From assembly GCA_012295275.1 (NCBI GenBank), contig CM022670.1, positions 35,774,001-35,838,000 of the forward strand: a stretch of 64,000 bases of DNA. The letters run 5' to 3'. Positions within the stretch are counted from its first letter, which is position 1; the number at the start of each line of letters is the position of its first letter. The notes beneath the pieces were generated by a model, which was not told where the DNA came from, did no database searches, and worked only from the letters and a program-made list of their open reading frames with translations. A program made the translations under genes and the position numbers. Below, in pieces: positions 14,601-26,500 of the stretch. This DNA comes from Chrysomallon squamiferum (lineage: Eukaryota > Animalia > Mollusca).

Positions 14601-14939
14601 TTGGCGCTTCTTGGTCAGTTTGTGCAGGTGTCCACACTGCAGAATTTAAACTTGGACATGAGGTAGTACTCAGGGTTTTCTTCCTGGGCAACACATGTCT
14701 TCTTTAGCTGGTCCACAATCAAGAAGCACTCCTCCTTTGGAATGTGCACTCTCTTGCAGACTTCATACTTCTTAAACAGTTTTCTCTTAAAGCGATCTTC
14801 TACAGGAACCTCCATGGTGGACACATAAGTGATCTGAACGTTATCTCAGTGGAGCTACCGTATTTTATACCCACCCATCAACACGTACCAGTGAAGGCAG
14901 TGTCCAACACTAATGAGGCAACATATGCTCAAAAGAAGT

Positions 14940-15950
14940 GTGTATACAATAGGTATTTTAATTACATTTCTCTATTGTCTCTGTTGGATACATATGTAAC
15001 TAGTGTGCTGTTTTATGGTAGTGAGAGATGGGGTTTTCAAAAAATTACTGAGAAAATTCACTTAGGTTTTTGTAAAAAATATGTATAAATAAAAGTCATT
15101 GCTTCCCATTCTATAATCGTCAGATTATATAACGTTTTAAAGTAATTAGTGGGGAGTAAGATGACTGTTTCCTATTGGGAGCTTTCGTTAGCTCTGGGGC
15201 CTGTATGTTCATGTGACAAGACCACCCGCTGCCTGGAATTTAAAGGCGGGACATTCTCAGAAAGCAAAGATTGCACTCTGGCCTTGCACATTGCAGGACC
15301 TTAAATATTTGCTAGTAAAGGTGGCGACACTGGTCGTGTGGTGTTTTTGTATTGGTTCGATGTTTTTGGTTTTGCAACTGTAGAATTTTTATTGTAATTT
15401 GTTTTAGGAACGTCAGAGTTACCATTGTAAATGTTAACATTGCTATATCAGAAATTAACTAATATTAAAGCCCTTTAATTGGAAACCCCGTCTTGTTTGA
15501 TATTCCTAATACAGTGATATATATTACCTATATATATTATATATATATATGTGTCTCACGACAGGAGCTTGCTTCCCCACCACCCGCCGTTACACATATT
15601 TTAAATGTTAAAGTGTCAGCTACAAATAATATGGTCTGTTTTGAACTGGATAGATTCCCATTAGTTTATGAGCATACTTATAGAATGGTTAAATACTGGT
15701 TGAAATTAACTAGTACAAACAATTGCATTTTATATTATAGAAAAATAACTGAGTGACTTTTATTAGGAAAACTTTATATGAATTGCGACTGGGATACTTA
15801 TCGATAGATTAGGACCAGATTAACAAAAATATAAATTATTTGTGCATAATTAAGCAAAGAATCCATGACCAAGCAAGGCAGAATCTTTCAATTCAGATAA
15901 ATACAGCTGTGAAATGTGACCAATTGCCTGACTTGCTATCAGACAGAATG
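14940..15950 (+). mobile_element. LINE (L2/CR1-group-like) reverse-transcriptase C-terminal fragment nested in the Ginger element; boundaries approximate
   Basis: LLDTYVTSVLFYGSERWG...EKIHLGFCKK (to ~15080) resumes as ILNVKVSATNNMVCFELDRFPL...VKYWLKL (from ~15597), the typical post-RT region of non-LTR elements. Confidence 0.7.
15082..15594. mobile_element. Probable solo LTR (~513 bp) interrupting the LINE fragment
   Basis: TGTA...TACA termini, flanks aata/cata (4-bp TSD with one mismatch), no ORF; it splits the LINE reading frame between FCKK and ILNVK. Confidence 0.6.
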
Positions 15951-16174
15951 TCAAACACCACCAACGAAAATACAGTCATCTGGCCTAATTCCTGGAAAGT
16001 TAATCATTAGGCCTAATGTCTGACGGTCTTGGGTATTAGGCTAAATGTCTAAACATTTCAGACATTAGGCCAAATGACTAGTTTGACATATTGACTGTAA
16101 CATACATACAAAAAAAAGAGTCTGATTTTACTTCAATCAAATAAAATTATAATCACATTCTCAAAATAAGTTTT

Positions 16175-16183
16175 GTGTGTGTA

Positions 16184-16265
<82 letters not shown>
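16175..16265. repeat. Compound (GT)n(GA)n microsatellite
   Basis: Directly visible dinucleotide runs. Confidence 0.95.
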
Positions 16266-16266
<1 letters not shown>

Positions 16267-16527
16267 AAAGAAACAATTGGTAAAACTAGGTAAAATTAAA
16301 AAAGTGTTTTATTTATCAACTTAAACAAATTAAATCTTTAAAGTTGTATCAAATTTTGCTAAACTTCTGAGTTAATAATATATATAATTGTTTTGATTTG
16401 GGCATTGAAGACCAATAATTATATAATATATCTTTTTGTTGATAAAATCTATGGGCCTATCTCCATATTCAGATAACCAGTCAAAAAGTTTTTTTTTTTT
16501 TTTTAACAATTAATAAATAAATAATAA

Positions 16528-16529
16528 TA

Positions 16530-16581
<52 letters not shown>

Positions 16582-16626
16582 TATTTTTCTTTCTTTATTT
16601 TATTATTATTATTATTATTATTATTA
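16528..16626. repeat. Interrupted (TAT)n microsatellite
   Basis: Directly visible trinucleotide runs. Confidence 0.9.
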
Positions 16627-17129
16627 CTTTATTTTATTTTTTTAAATTATTATATGATGACAAATTATAAAAATATAATAATAAATTTTCAATAAATTTC
16701 TAGGTAGCTCTACTTTCAATTGCAAAAACGAAACTGATTCTGAATTCACAAAATTTTATAACAATTTTATGAATAACTGCTGGAAATTAAACTGTGTTTA
16801 TTACTTATGATATTTTTTAATTTTACTGTTATTTATTTATTTGTTTGTATTTTATTTATTTTATATAGTGTTAAGTAATCAATAAATCTCTTTAAGTTAC
16901 CTATTTTGGATTATATTTCTTTCGCCCGGTAGCCGAAATTCTTCAGCTTAACGAAATCCTCGTACGTCCGAAACGTCAGTGCGTATTATTTCATAATTCT
17001 TTTGTTATTATTATAAACTAAAATCTAAGAAAGTATTCAGTGTTGTACCAGGTTCGCCATTGAAGAGAGTAATAAAATGCTGTACCAAAGTCCGCGAAAC
17101 GAGCATAGCCTAGTGTTAACCAGGATGTA

Positions 17130-17370
17130 CTAATAAACCGAAACTAGGTCAGACCTAGTTTTCATGTCAATTTACTACACCTTATCACGACAAATAAATA
17201 ACTATATAACAGTTTCACATACCCAAAATATTAGTATTTACAGATGCAATATGTGAATCATATTGACGGGGAAAAGCGGCATGTTTTATATATTTAAATT
17301 TACAAAATTAAATAGTATGTTTCATTACAGTTGTTATTCAGAAAAACTGAACTAAAAACAGAAACTAGAA
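17130..17370. promoter_or_regulatory. Copy 1 upstream region with IRF-element-like motifs and a palindrome
   Basis: AACCGAAACT overlaps the inverted repeat AAACTAGGTC-A-GACCTAGTTT (17141-17161); GAAAAACTGAACTAAAAACAGAAACT at 17341-17366. Homologous motifs lie upstream of copy 2. Confidence 0.4.
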
Positions 17371-17889
17371 TTACAAGAATTGATAGGTGTCACGCCTATT
17401 CGGAGAACTGATAACGTTACAGGTATTACCAATCGATAAAATTATTTTTCTTCACCGGAGAATACCAGTAATACATTTGATAATTAATATACGCCTGTCA
17501 CTTAAGAAGCTGATACACATTATGTGTTTCGTTTTTCGAAATGACCAAGCAGATAAATAAATAAAATACAAATTTACTATTTGAAAAAAAAAATAAAGTG
17601 GGTTAATGGTGGTTTACAAAATACAGTTTTAGTATATTCAAATGTATCCCTTTAATATATTGTTTGTTTATTTATTTATTTATTTATTATTAATTTATTT
17701 ATATATTTATTTATTTATTATTAATTAATTAATTAATTTATTTATTCATTTATTCTTTCGTTTATTCATTCATTTATTTAATTTTATTTGTTTATTTATT
17801 TATTTATTTCATATGTAATTGGTGATAGGTATACGCATATGCAGCCGGAATTCCCTAGAAACTCAAACGAAACAAAGGAGTAGATTTGA

Positions 17890-17896
17890 TTATTAC

Positions 17897-17931
<35 letters not shown>

Positions 17932-17971
17932 GTGTGTGTGTGTGTGTGACTATGTGTGTGTGTGTGTGTGT
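17890..17971. repeat. (TAT)n + (GT)n compound microsatellite
   Basis: Directly visible; source of the spurious poly-N/HT ORF 17796-18068. Confidence 0.9.
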
Positions 17972-18974
17972 ACTTATTTCGTAATTTCGAAACATAAAGA
18001 TGATTACTGAGTGGCAACAATATAGCTTTAGTAGGTTTCTCTTCCTTCATTAGAGGCAAACAGAACACCCTAAGGCAAATCTAAAGAAATTAAACTGTAT
18101 ACTCAGATATATCATAAATGTTAAAACAAACACAATGATCTATGTAATTGTGGAAGATCGTTATGGAGTGAGGGGCAAAATTCTGTTTTTAATCGTATAA
18201 CAAGTTTGTTTATTTGTGTGAACGTTCTTAGATAGGCAGATATCACCTCCTGGACATATGCTGCGAAAGCGTAAAGGAGCTTTATTCCAGTTTGAACATC
18301 GTTTCAAAGAATCACTTTGCTCAATCTAAAATGCTGCTAACAATCCAGTTATTAGTGCAGGCCAAGTTTTTAGTCATTGCGTTTTAATCCAGATGGCAGT
18401 ATCTGAAGCAGTCCCCGTCGCCCACACAACAATAAATAAATAAATAAATAAGTAAAATAAAATAAAATAAAATAAAATAACAGTTATAGATCACGTGTGT
18501 AATGGATAGAAAACGTACACACACACAGACATGCGTACAACCAAATATGTAATTAATTTCTATATAACGTATGGTGTTTTCGATGCAGAACCCAGTGATG
18601 ATAATCAGCAGAAATAATTTCGTTAAGTTCTTAAAGATAACATATGGATGCGAATCAAAATTAATGAAATTTAATTACTGAAACAAAAAAGAAAAAAGTG
18701 TTGAAAAACAGTTATGTTGACAGAAGTATATATCGACTCGTGTGAGTTAGGCAGATAGTCGAAAATACTCAGATGTAAACATTCATAAACACATATGCAT
18801 GCATACATACGTACATTCATACACACACACACACACTGCCACGTACGCTTTTTAAAAATTATCTGATATTGCATTTAATTTAAAGATAAACTAAAACCAC
18901 TTTATCACATCATTCCACATCCCCCAGTACATGGATAAGAAATTAAAGAAAATGAATACTAAGATGACCAAACG

Positions 18975-19080
18975 TGATTGGTTCCCGACTACTATTTAAA
19001 TATCGACTCCACAGTCTAGCACGATAGCAGACGATAAATGAAAGTTGTTGATGATGTAAGCGGCCCATTTCACATTTTCT
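18975..19080 (+). promoter_or_regulatory. Conserved divergent CCAAT/TATA-like cassette with ATG and splice donor (upstream of copy 1)
   Basis: ATTGG 18977, TATTTAAA 18993, ATG AAA GTT GTT GAT GAT|GTAAGC from 19038 with GT at 19056; near-identical block at 43013-43120. Confidence 0.35.
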
Positions 19081-19899
19081 GCTTTTTTTAAAATTTATAT
19101 CTAACCTTTTTTTGTTTTACTGAAATTAATTTTCTTTCAGGTAATTAGCGATTATTTAATTGTATAATAATCTGAGTAAAACACAAATTTAAATTGATGA
19201 ATAATTAATTAATGCTGCTAAACTGTTCCGAAATTTTTTTTCCTAATTAGGAGAGAAGTTCTGACCCAAAAATATTTGATATGAGAATTCAGTTTTTTTT
19301 CTTCTGAAATTTAAACAAAAGCTAGTCATTACACATGATATAATTTTTTTACTTTTTATTTTGAACTTATTTATTTTTATGGCTGTTTAATTGAAGAATT
19401 ATTTTTAAGCAAACACACACAGAGAGAGATACCGAAACTCTCGGCGAAAGAGACTTAGGAAACAAAATACAATCAATTTGAATAACAATCCATAAAACAC
19501 TTTAATGTGTTAAAATTTTATTATTATCAAAATAATTTATATCACAAGGGTAACTATAGTATAAAATTTATAAACAGTTTCATCACAAACATATTATTCC
19601 TAAAATATTAAAACATTATATAAAGTTTGTATCACAGATTACCTCAATTTGCAATAGAGTATAAGGTCAAAAACAGAACCTCCAGTCCAGAAATTCATAT
19701 TAAGCATCCCTGATTAATTATTATAATTTTAATTTTCTTAACATTATTATTATTATTTTACTATTATTTATTTATTCTAATTGCTTTCACACCAGAATTA
19801 AAAATGTATTATCAAAAGAAAAAGGGTTGTAAATCAAAAACATACTTCATACATTCATTAACAGTATTGTTTAGACCCTTTCTAAAGTATAATTTTTTC

Positions 19900-20244
19900 C
19901 TGATAAATCAATAAAAATACTATTTATTAGATTTGTTAAATAGTTTCTAAGAAAGGTAAAAAGCAAATTCTGAGTTTTTACTTAAATTACACCACACTAC
20001 ATTAAAATAAAAAATATGATAAGATGTGTTAAATAGGTTCTAATAAATGTAGCTCTGTTTTAAATCATTTTATGTATAATTATAAATTTATTTGCAGTAT
20101 ACATTTTTGCTGATAAATCAATTCAGTAAAATTTAGTTCAGCCTAACAGGAACATTTCATTTTTTTAAATATTTTGGTTATGCATTGCCAAATGTCAGAA
20201 TAGGTGAACATGAAAAGTATTGTAATAATTATGAAAAAATAACC

Positions 20245-20276
<32 letters not shown>

Positions 20277-22700
20277 AAGTAATAAGAATTTTTTTTCTCA
20301 GAATATTAAACTAATATGTGTCAAACAGAAAAACATAAATGAATACAGTATGGTTATAACTGCTTAGTCTCATATATTTTTATTTTCATAATTGTTTCCA
20401 TTTTCTTTATAGTAATATCCTTGAAAAACTACTTCCAAATGTATATGGTAAACTATATTCATACACTGAGCAGATATCAGACGATGTTTATATTGTTCTT
20501 GTTTTTTTTTCCCTTTGTTTTTTCCTTTGTTCTTGTTTTTGTGTTTGTTTTTATTTAAAAGACATGTTATAATGAATCCACTAAGTAAGTAAAGTAAGTT
20601 TTTTAAAACAAACACAACAAAAAAAAAAAAAAAACCTTTTTGTACATTATCCATTAAACAGATTAATATTTCAAAATCAAAGTGGGTAAATCACATACCA
20701 CCTTTTGCATTTTCATTATTAGTAAACACGATATTTATAACTGATTGCAAATTAACAGAAGTATTATCATGTAAAAACAAAATGGTTACTTTTTCAGTAT
20801 ACAGAAAGACATGATAGATATTTATATTTTTAACAATACATATAATAATTCCTATATTAATGAGTAAAACGAATTTTTTGCATTATTCTAAAATAGGAAA
20901 AACATATTTGTCAATTGTAACAAAAAACCTTATCTAAAATCAAAAAGTTATGATATTAAATATCGTACAGTATAAAATTTGCATTAGAAAAATATTACAA
21001 TATAAACAATGCACACTATGTATATAGCTAAAATTTTCTCTAAGATTTAAAATTATAAATGTGTTAAATGGTATTTACGGATATCCGTGTTTAACATTAA
21101 AAATAATTAAATTAATGAAAGATATGTCCCAAATGTTAACAATTTGGTAAATATTCTTAAATATATGAAAACTTTCAAAATAAAATCAAAACTTTAACCT
21201 AATTGCTGTATTTTTTTCATGCGTAAGTAATATGAAATTTTCAGTATGAAATGAAATATGTATTCATCAAGTTGAACAGCAATAAGTAAGTAAGTACCAA
21301 TACATCTCAATAACAGGAAAAATCATAAAAAGTTAAAATAATATTTTAAATACTTACAAATTTGTAATAACACAAGAAGCTGCTAACACAGATGCAGAAA
21401 GGTAACAGAATATATAGAAGCAAATTCTGAGTTTTTACTTAAATTACACCATAGTAAAACATTAAAAAAAAAAAAAGACTATATATCAGTTTTGTTAAAT
21501 AGGTTCTAATAAATTTAGCTCCATTTTAAATCATTTTATGTATTTTATTATAAATTTATTTGCTAAATCATCTCAGTGAAATATAGTTCAGCCTAATAGG
21601 AACATATACATTTTTTAATAGTTTAATTATACATTGCGAAATGTGAGAGTGGGTGAATATGAAATGATTTTAGAAATTATGAAAATAAGATTACAGTTGC
21701 CATTTGATCAAATGTTTGTTTTCCCTGGAAAGAAAGAAAAAAGAAGAAAAATAAGAATTATTTTTTATTATTATTATTATATTTTTAAATCAAAATTTTA
21801 AACTAATATGTGTCATGGCACAAAAATGTCACTAGAAACCAAAATATGAATACAGTGTGGTTATAACTGCTCAATGTCTAATATTTTTATTTTCATAACA
21901 ACTGTTTTATTTTCTTTATGATAATATCCCTGAAAAATTATTTCAGAATGTATACGGTAAACTATATACATACACTGAGTAGATATCAGCAGACTGTTAT
22001 TGTTTTTTTTTGTTTTTTTTGTTGGTTTTTTAAATATATTTAAGAAACATTTTATACGGAATCCATAAAGTAAATTAATTGGATTATTTGTTTGTTTCCT
22101 CTGTTTGTTTGTTTGTTTGTTTGTTTTTGTTGTTCTTTTTGCTCTATTTAAAACAACTTTTTATACAGTATACATTAATACTTCAAAATCTATGTAGGGT
22201 AAATCACGTACCACCTTCTACATTTTCATTATTAGTAAACACAACATTTATAACTGATTGCAAATTAACAGAGCATTATCATGTAAAAACAAAATGGTTA
22301 CAGTTTCAGTATGCAGAAAGACATGATAGATCAGCTTAAATTATATATTAATGAGTAAAACGAATTATTGTGCATTATTCTAAAGCAAGGCAAAAAATTT
22401 TTTTCCATTGTGACGTTGTAAAATACAAAAAATAACAACAACAACAAAAAGAACACATCTAAAATCAAAAAGTTATGATATCAAATATCATACAGTATAA
22501 AAATATTACGATATTAACAATGCACTCTATCAACAAAGTTAAAATTTTCTTAAAGCTTTACAATAAAAATCATAAAAGGTTTTAAACATAAATATGAAAT
22601 AATATTTCAAATACTTAAAAATTTGTATCAACACAGAAGCTGGTAACACAGATGAAGAAAGGTTACAGAATATATACAACCAAATTCTGAGTTTATATCA
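19900..22700. repeat. ~1.5-kb AT-rich unit repeated about twice in the copy 1/copy 2 spacer
   Basis: aaatcac(a/g)taccacctt...cattttcattattagtaaacac at 20688 and 22201; caaattctgagttt at ~19964, ~21421 and 22681. Confidence 0.8.
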
Positions 22701-23520
22701 ATTGGATCCAAAGTAATAATATGTCAGGTACTGTTGGTATTTCTGTATTAAAGAGATGTACATGGTAGTGTTGGTCTCTCTGTCTTAACATATGTTTCAT
22801 CTTTCTTATTCTTTCCACATACAGTATAAGTAATTATACTATATTCAGTATTATCATATGTGAACAAAAACAGGACTAAAGTTACTGACATTCAGAGAGA
22901 CTAATACATATATATTTATCAGGTGAACTATTAAGGCCATTTAAAATATATTTGTTTTTCTACATCATATCTCTGTTTCAAACAATACTGAAGATGAATA
23001 AAACTTAACAGCACACTATACATATTCTATATTTGTATATAAAATATTTTAAAATAATAACAGTAAAAAGTATGAAATTGGGTTTAAGTACAATTAAAAA
23101 TACATTCCACATCCCACTCTGAATGAATAATATTTTGTAAATTCAAGAAAGTGAATATATTACAATGCTGGTATAACAAACTGACTTCTACTAAATTAAG
23201 AATTTTTTAACGTCATACAAACCAGTAAAATTTTTTAACGTCATACAACCAGCACACACAAACACACACACACAACACACACATATTTGTTTTCATAAAA
23301 TGTCATGGAGTGTGATTTCATTCCGTAGTGGAGATGAACGCAGAAACATATCTTACTGATACCTGATAGCAGCAAGTTTCCTTTCATGTTATCACAGTTT
23401 CACATAAAATACAAACAATATATGACACATAGCTAATATTAAGTATTCGCTCATTCTTGAATAATCAGCTGAAAGATGGTATTAATAAGAGTTCCCTGTC
23501 TTTGTTACAAACTGATTCTT

Positions 23521-26500
23521 TTAATACTTCTGCCAGTCTGATGAAGGAAAATGCTGATGTTTTTGTCTATTTTTTTTTCGAAATTTTGGGAATTGATCTG
23601 GATCTGTGATGAGACAGCCTTTTCTTTCATATGACATCAACAAATTTTTCCAAACTTGATCAACTTCTAGTAGATTCTTGTTGCCTGAAGATTTAATGAA
23701 CAGTTTTAATCAGAAAAGAATACTGGAATAAACCACGTAAGTACAACTTATTTGCATTAATTAATTATTGGTGTTTTCTTCTCCTTTATTTTTAAATATA
23801 TTTTTTAATTTGTGTCATTTTAAAGTTTAAAAAGAAAAATATAAACTTTTGCTGCTTAATATTTATACAACTTAAGTGTTCCTTTTTCAGTTAAATATTT
23901 AAACTACAAGTTATTGAAAACTGTTTGCAATTTTGAATTGATCATTGAGCAAAATAAGAATTTCCTTATAGCAGCTGGCCATGTTTGCACATTGTATTTT
24001 TCTCTTATCTACGTTAATTCTACTTAGTAAATTTTTTTACAATTGTCTTTATCTGCCAAGTCTGACATTATGTTTATTTACTTAGAAGTAAACTGAAAAG
24101 AATGGTCATAAATTTTCTTTTATTTCTTTTTAGCATTGACTCTGTTTTTCAGTTAAATAATGAAGAGGGTCCATGTAACATCATTATGGATCTATGGTAG
24201 AGCTCCAGTTAACCATAATCCTTATCTGACTGTTATTTATTTTAAGGAAACAATATACAATAAAGTCATTTCACAACGTTTATAAACGAAATCTTACCAA
24301 CAATAATCAGTCCTTTCCTAGCTCTTGTCAGAGCAACATTTATCTGGTTTGCATCTGTAATGAATCCCAGATTGCTTTTGCACCATCCAAGTGTTGGAGC
24401 AGGTTCTATTTTGTAGGTTGGCAGAGACCGCACTGTACTGAATATAACATAGTCCCATTCACCTCCTGTTATTGTAGATAAAAAATAAAAGAGAATTTTA
24501 TTTTTATTTATTTTTATTTATTTATTTTAATTTTAAAATTTGTTCTTCCTATTAAAACGACCAAAAATAAGGGTTATCAAGGAAGGAAATCAGAGTATGA
24601 CACCTGAATGAGATATAATTGTATTTCACAAAAGCCTGAATTATATGTCATCAAAAACCAATGTGTAGTTCATTTTCAAACCTATTTAATGCCATTATAA
24701 TCATACTTGCATAATGAATATTTCTTTAATGATACTTTAGTCTACTTTTATATTAATTAGGTTTTAGTTGTACGGTCCTTCCTACTCTAGTGTCAAAAGA
24801 AAGGAAATTTGTTATCAACACCACAGAAGCAAGTCTTTAATCAGCATCAAAGAATATGATCATATGCACCTATCCATTGACAGGAAGGCACAAATTATGG
24901 ATGTTTTTATAAACCAGTTATCAGATCACTATTTGGAATTGGAAATAGCAATAAGGATGATAGGTTCATTGTTCCTCAGATGACTAGTCTGCTATCTGAA
25001 GTAAAGTCCTTTATTTTTATACAATGTGACAATACCAGTAAGAACATAAAAGAATTACCTTGACTTGATACTACAGTGCTGACATTCAGATTCCTGTAGC
25101 GTGGACCTTCTGGGTTGTTTATTGAATTTTTGTATTCAGTTAGTTTTTGTTTCAAAATAGAAACCTGAGCATTATACTGAGATAAAACAACAATATTTCT
25201 TGAACCCACACCAAACTCATGCTCAATAAGCCATCTGTAGATCTGCACCTGTTATAAATAAATGCAATACAATTCAAACAGTTACGAATTTAATTTAATA
25301 CTAATTATAAATGTTTGCCAAGTCATGTTTTGTATCTGAGCAAAACATCAGTTAGCATTAATATTTCCTAACTTATTTACTAGCCTGCCTTTGCAATTGA
25401 TTGAAAAAAATAATAAGCAAATAAGGACTTTTCTAGAGCTATCATGTATTTTTTTATTAATGAAATTGCCAAACATTAACTATTACGGTAAGCTGCCTTT
25501 GTTTCAATGACCAAGACATATAAAATATCATTCTTGGAAGAAATAATAAATGTTGATTTTCTTACATCCACAACAGCTCTAGGGAGAAAAAGAAAGAATA
25601 TTAAGAAATATTTCAAAGTAAAGAAACTGAAATTAAGGATGAAAACTTTAAAAGAAAACACTCAAAGCTTAAAGTATGAAAATGAAGATTTATTATTTAA
25701 ACTTTATTATTTCTGATGATATTCCTTTCTTTCCTAAGTTTTTTTCCATCTCTTAAATTAGTTTATGCTTTAAAATTAACACACTGTTTGTTTTTGCTGA
25801 GGTCTTTAATATATGACTATTTTTTTTTTTCAAAAAAAACTTATGTGCTAATTGGTGTATTAATATATGAAAATATATTGGATTTCTAATCACAGATTAA
25901 CACTGTTTATTTGTGCTGAGGTCATTAATATATGACCTATTACCTCTTTTTTTCTCAAAATTAACTTATGTGCTAATTGGTATATTAATATATGAAAGTA
26001 TTAGATTTCTAATCACATATACAAATCATAATAACAGTTACTGAATCAAATGCATCATAGTATAAACACAAGCTGGTTTTCTGTTTTATTCAAATTACAG
26101 ATTTTACAGTTAAAGTGAAATAAACAGAATGGATTATTATGAGAAGTCACTTAGTATAGAGATCTTGAAAAATTAGCACTTAGAAAAGGAACTGTCAAGA
26201 CATACCACTTTATCAGCTTCAGCCATGTTGGATTTGGATTGTTCATTTCCTTCCTCCGTGCTGACTGTTAGAGTTTCCTCTACTCCTTCAACATGGCAGA
26301 AAACAAGAGGAATCTTTGGATTTGGCCACAGTTTCAGTGGAAAATCTTGATCTTTCTCAATGCGTCCAGTTTTTAGTTTGTTTTCATAGAACTCACGTGA
26401 AGGAAATTCACATATTTTTGGATGCTGAAATATAAAAGTATAAAATTTTCAAATCCGTTAAAACAAAGTGAGCTTTGAACATATATTTAGATACGCAGCA

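Larger units (their letters stand above)
13479..16102 (-). mobile_element. Decayed Ginger-type DNA transposon (KRBA2/SCAND3-like HHCC + DDE integrase) in intron 1 of copy 1
   Basis: Absent at the equivalent site of copy 2 (tctgatacttg|tacata, ~39601). Imperfect ~70-bp terminal inverted repeats (~13486-13557 versus ~16031-16100; ttacagtcaatat(t/g)tcaaa) with TGT...ACA ends. Minus-strand fragments encode AHISTGHTG...CMIC (HHCC), QVDLVDMQ, YQDHLTKF, LQNDNGSDF and QGPIERAN, with stops and frameshifts. Confidence 0.8.
1284..16904 (-). pseudogene. HELZ2: HELZ2-like gene copy 1, pseudogene lacking the RNB domain
   Basis: Exons: 16901-16904 (ATA G, versus ATG G in copy 2), 13226-~13263 (acceptor deleted), 12575-12778, ~12185-12205 (donor half deleted), 11669-11805, 10279-10464, 9704-9740, 9255-9379, 8676-8807, 8279-8342, 7223-8029 (807 bp versus 3709, several frameshifts, TGA at 7554), 6762-6865, 5881-6027, 5380-5517, 4495-5189 (Walker B IIVDAA), 3957-4175, 3005-3194, 2003-2170, 1284-1414. 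Confidence 0.9.

Noticed and set aside
16005-16085. Short spaced repeats (cattaggc..aatg.c) resembling a CRISPR-like array
   Set aside because: These are three degenerate subterminal repeats within the Ginger TIR in eukaryotic DNA, with no unique spacers or cas genes.
17845-17856. NF-kB-like site GGAATTCCC
   Set aside because: Single short match, not conserved upstream of copy 2.
19049-19123. Box C/D snoRNA (TGATGA ... CTGA)
   Set aside because: The D box and internal sequence are not kept in the paralogous block at ~43087-43160, and there is no terminal stem.
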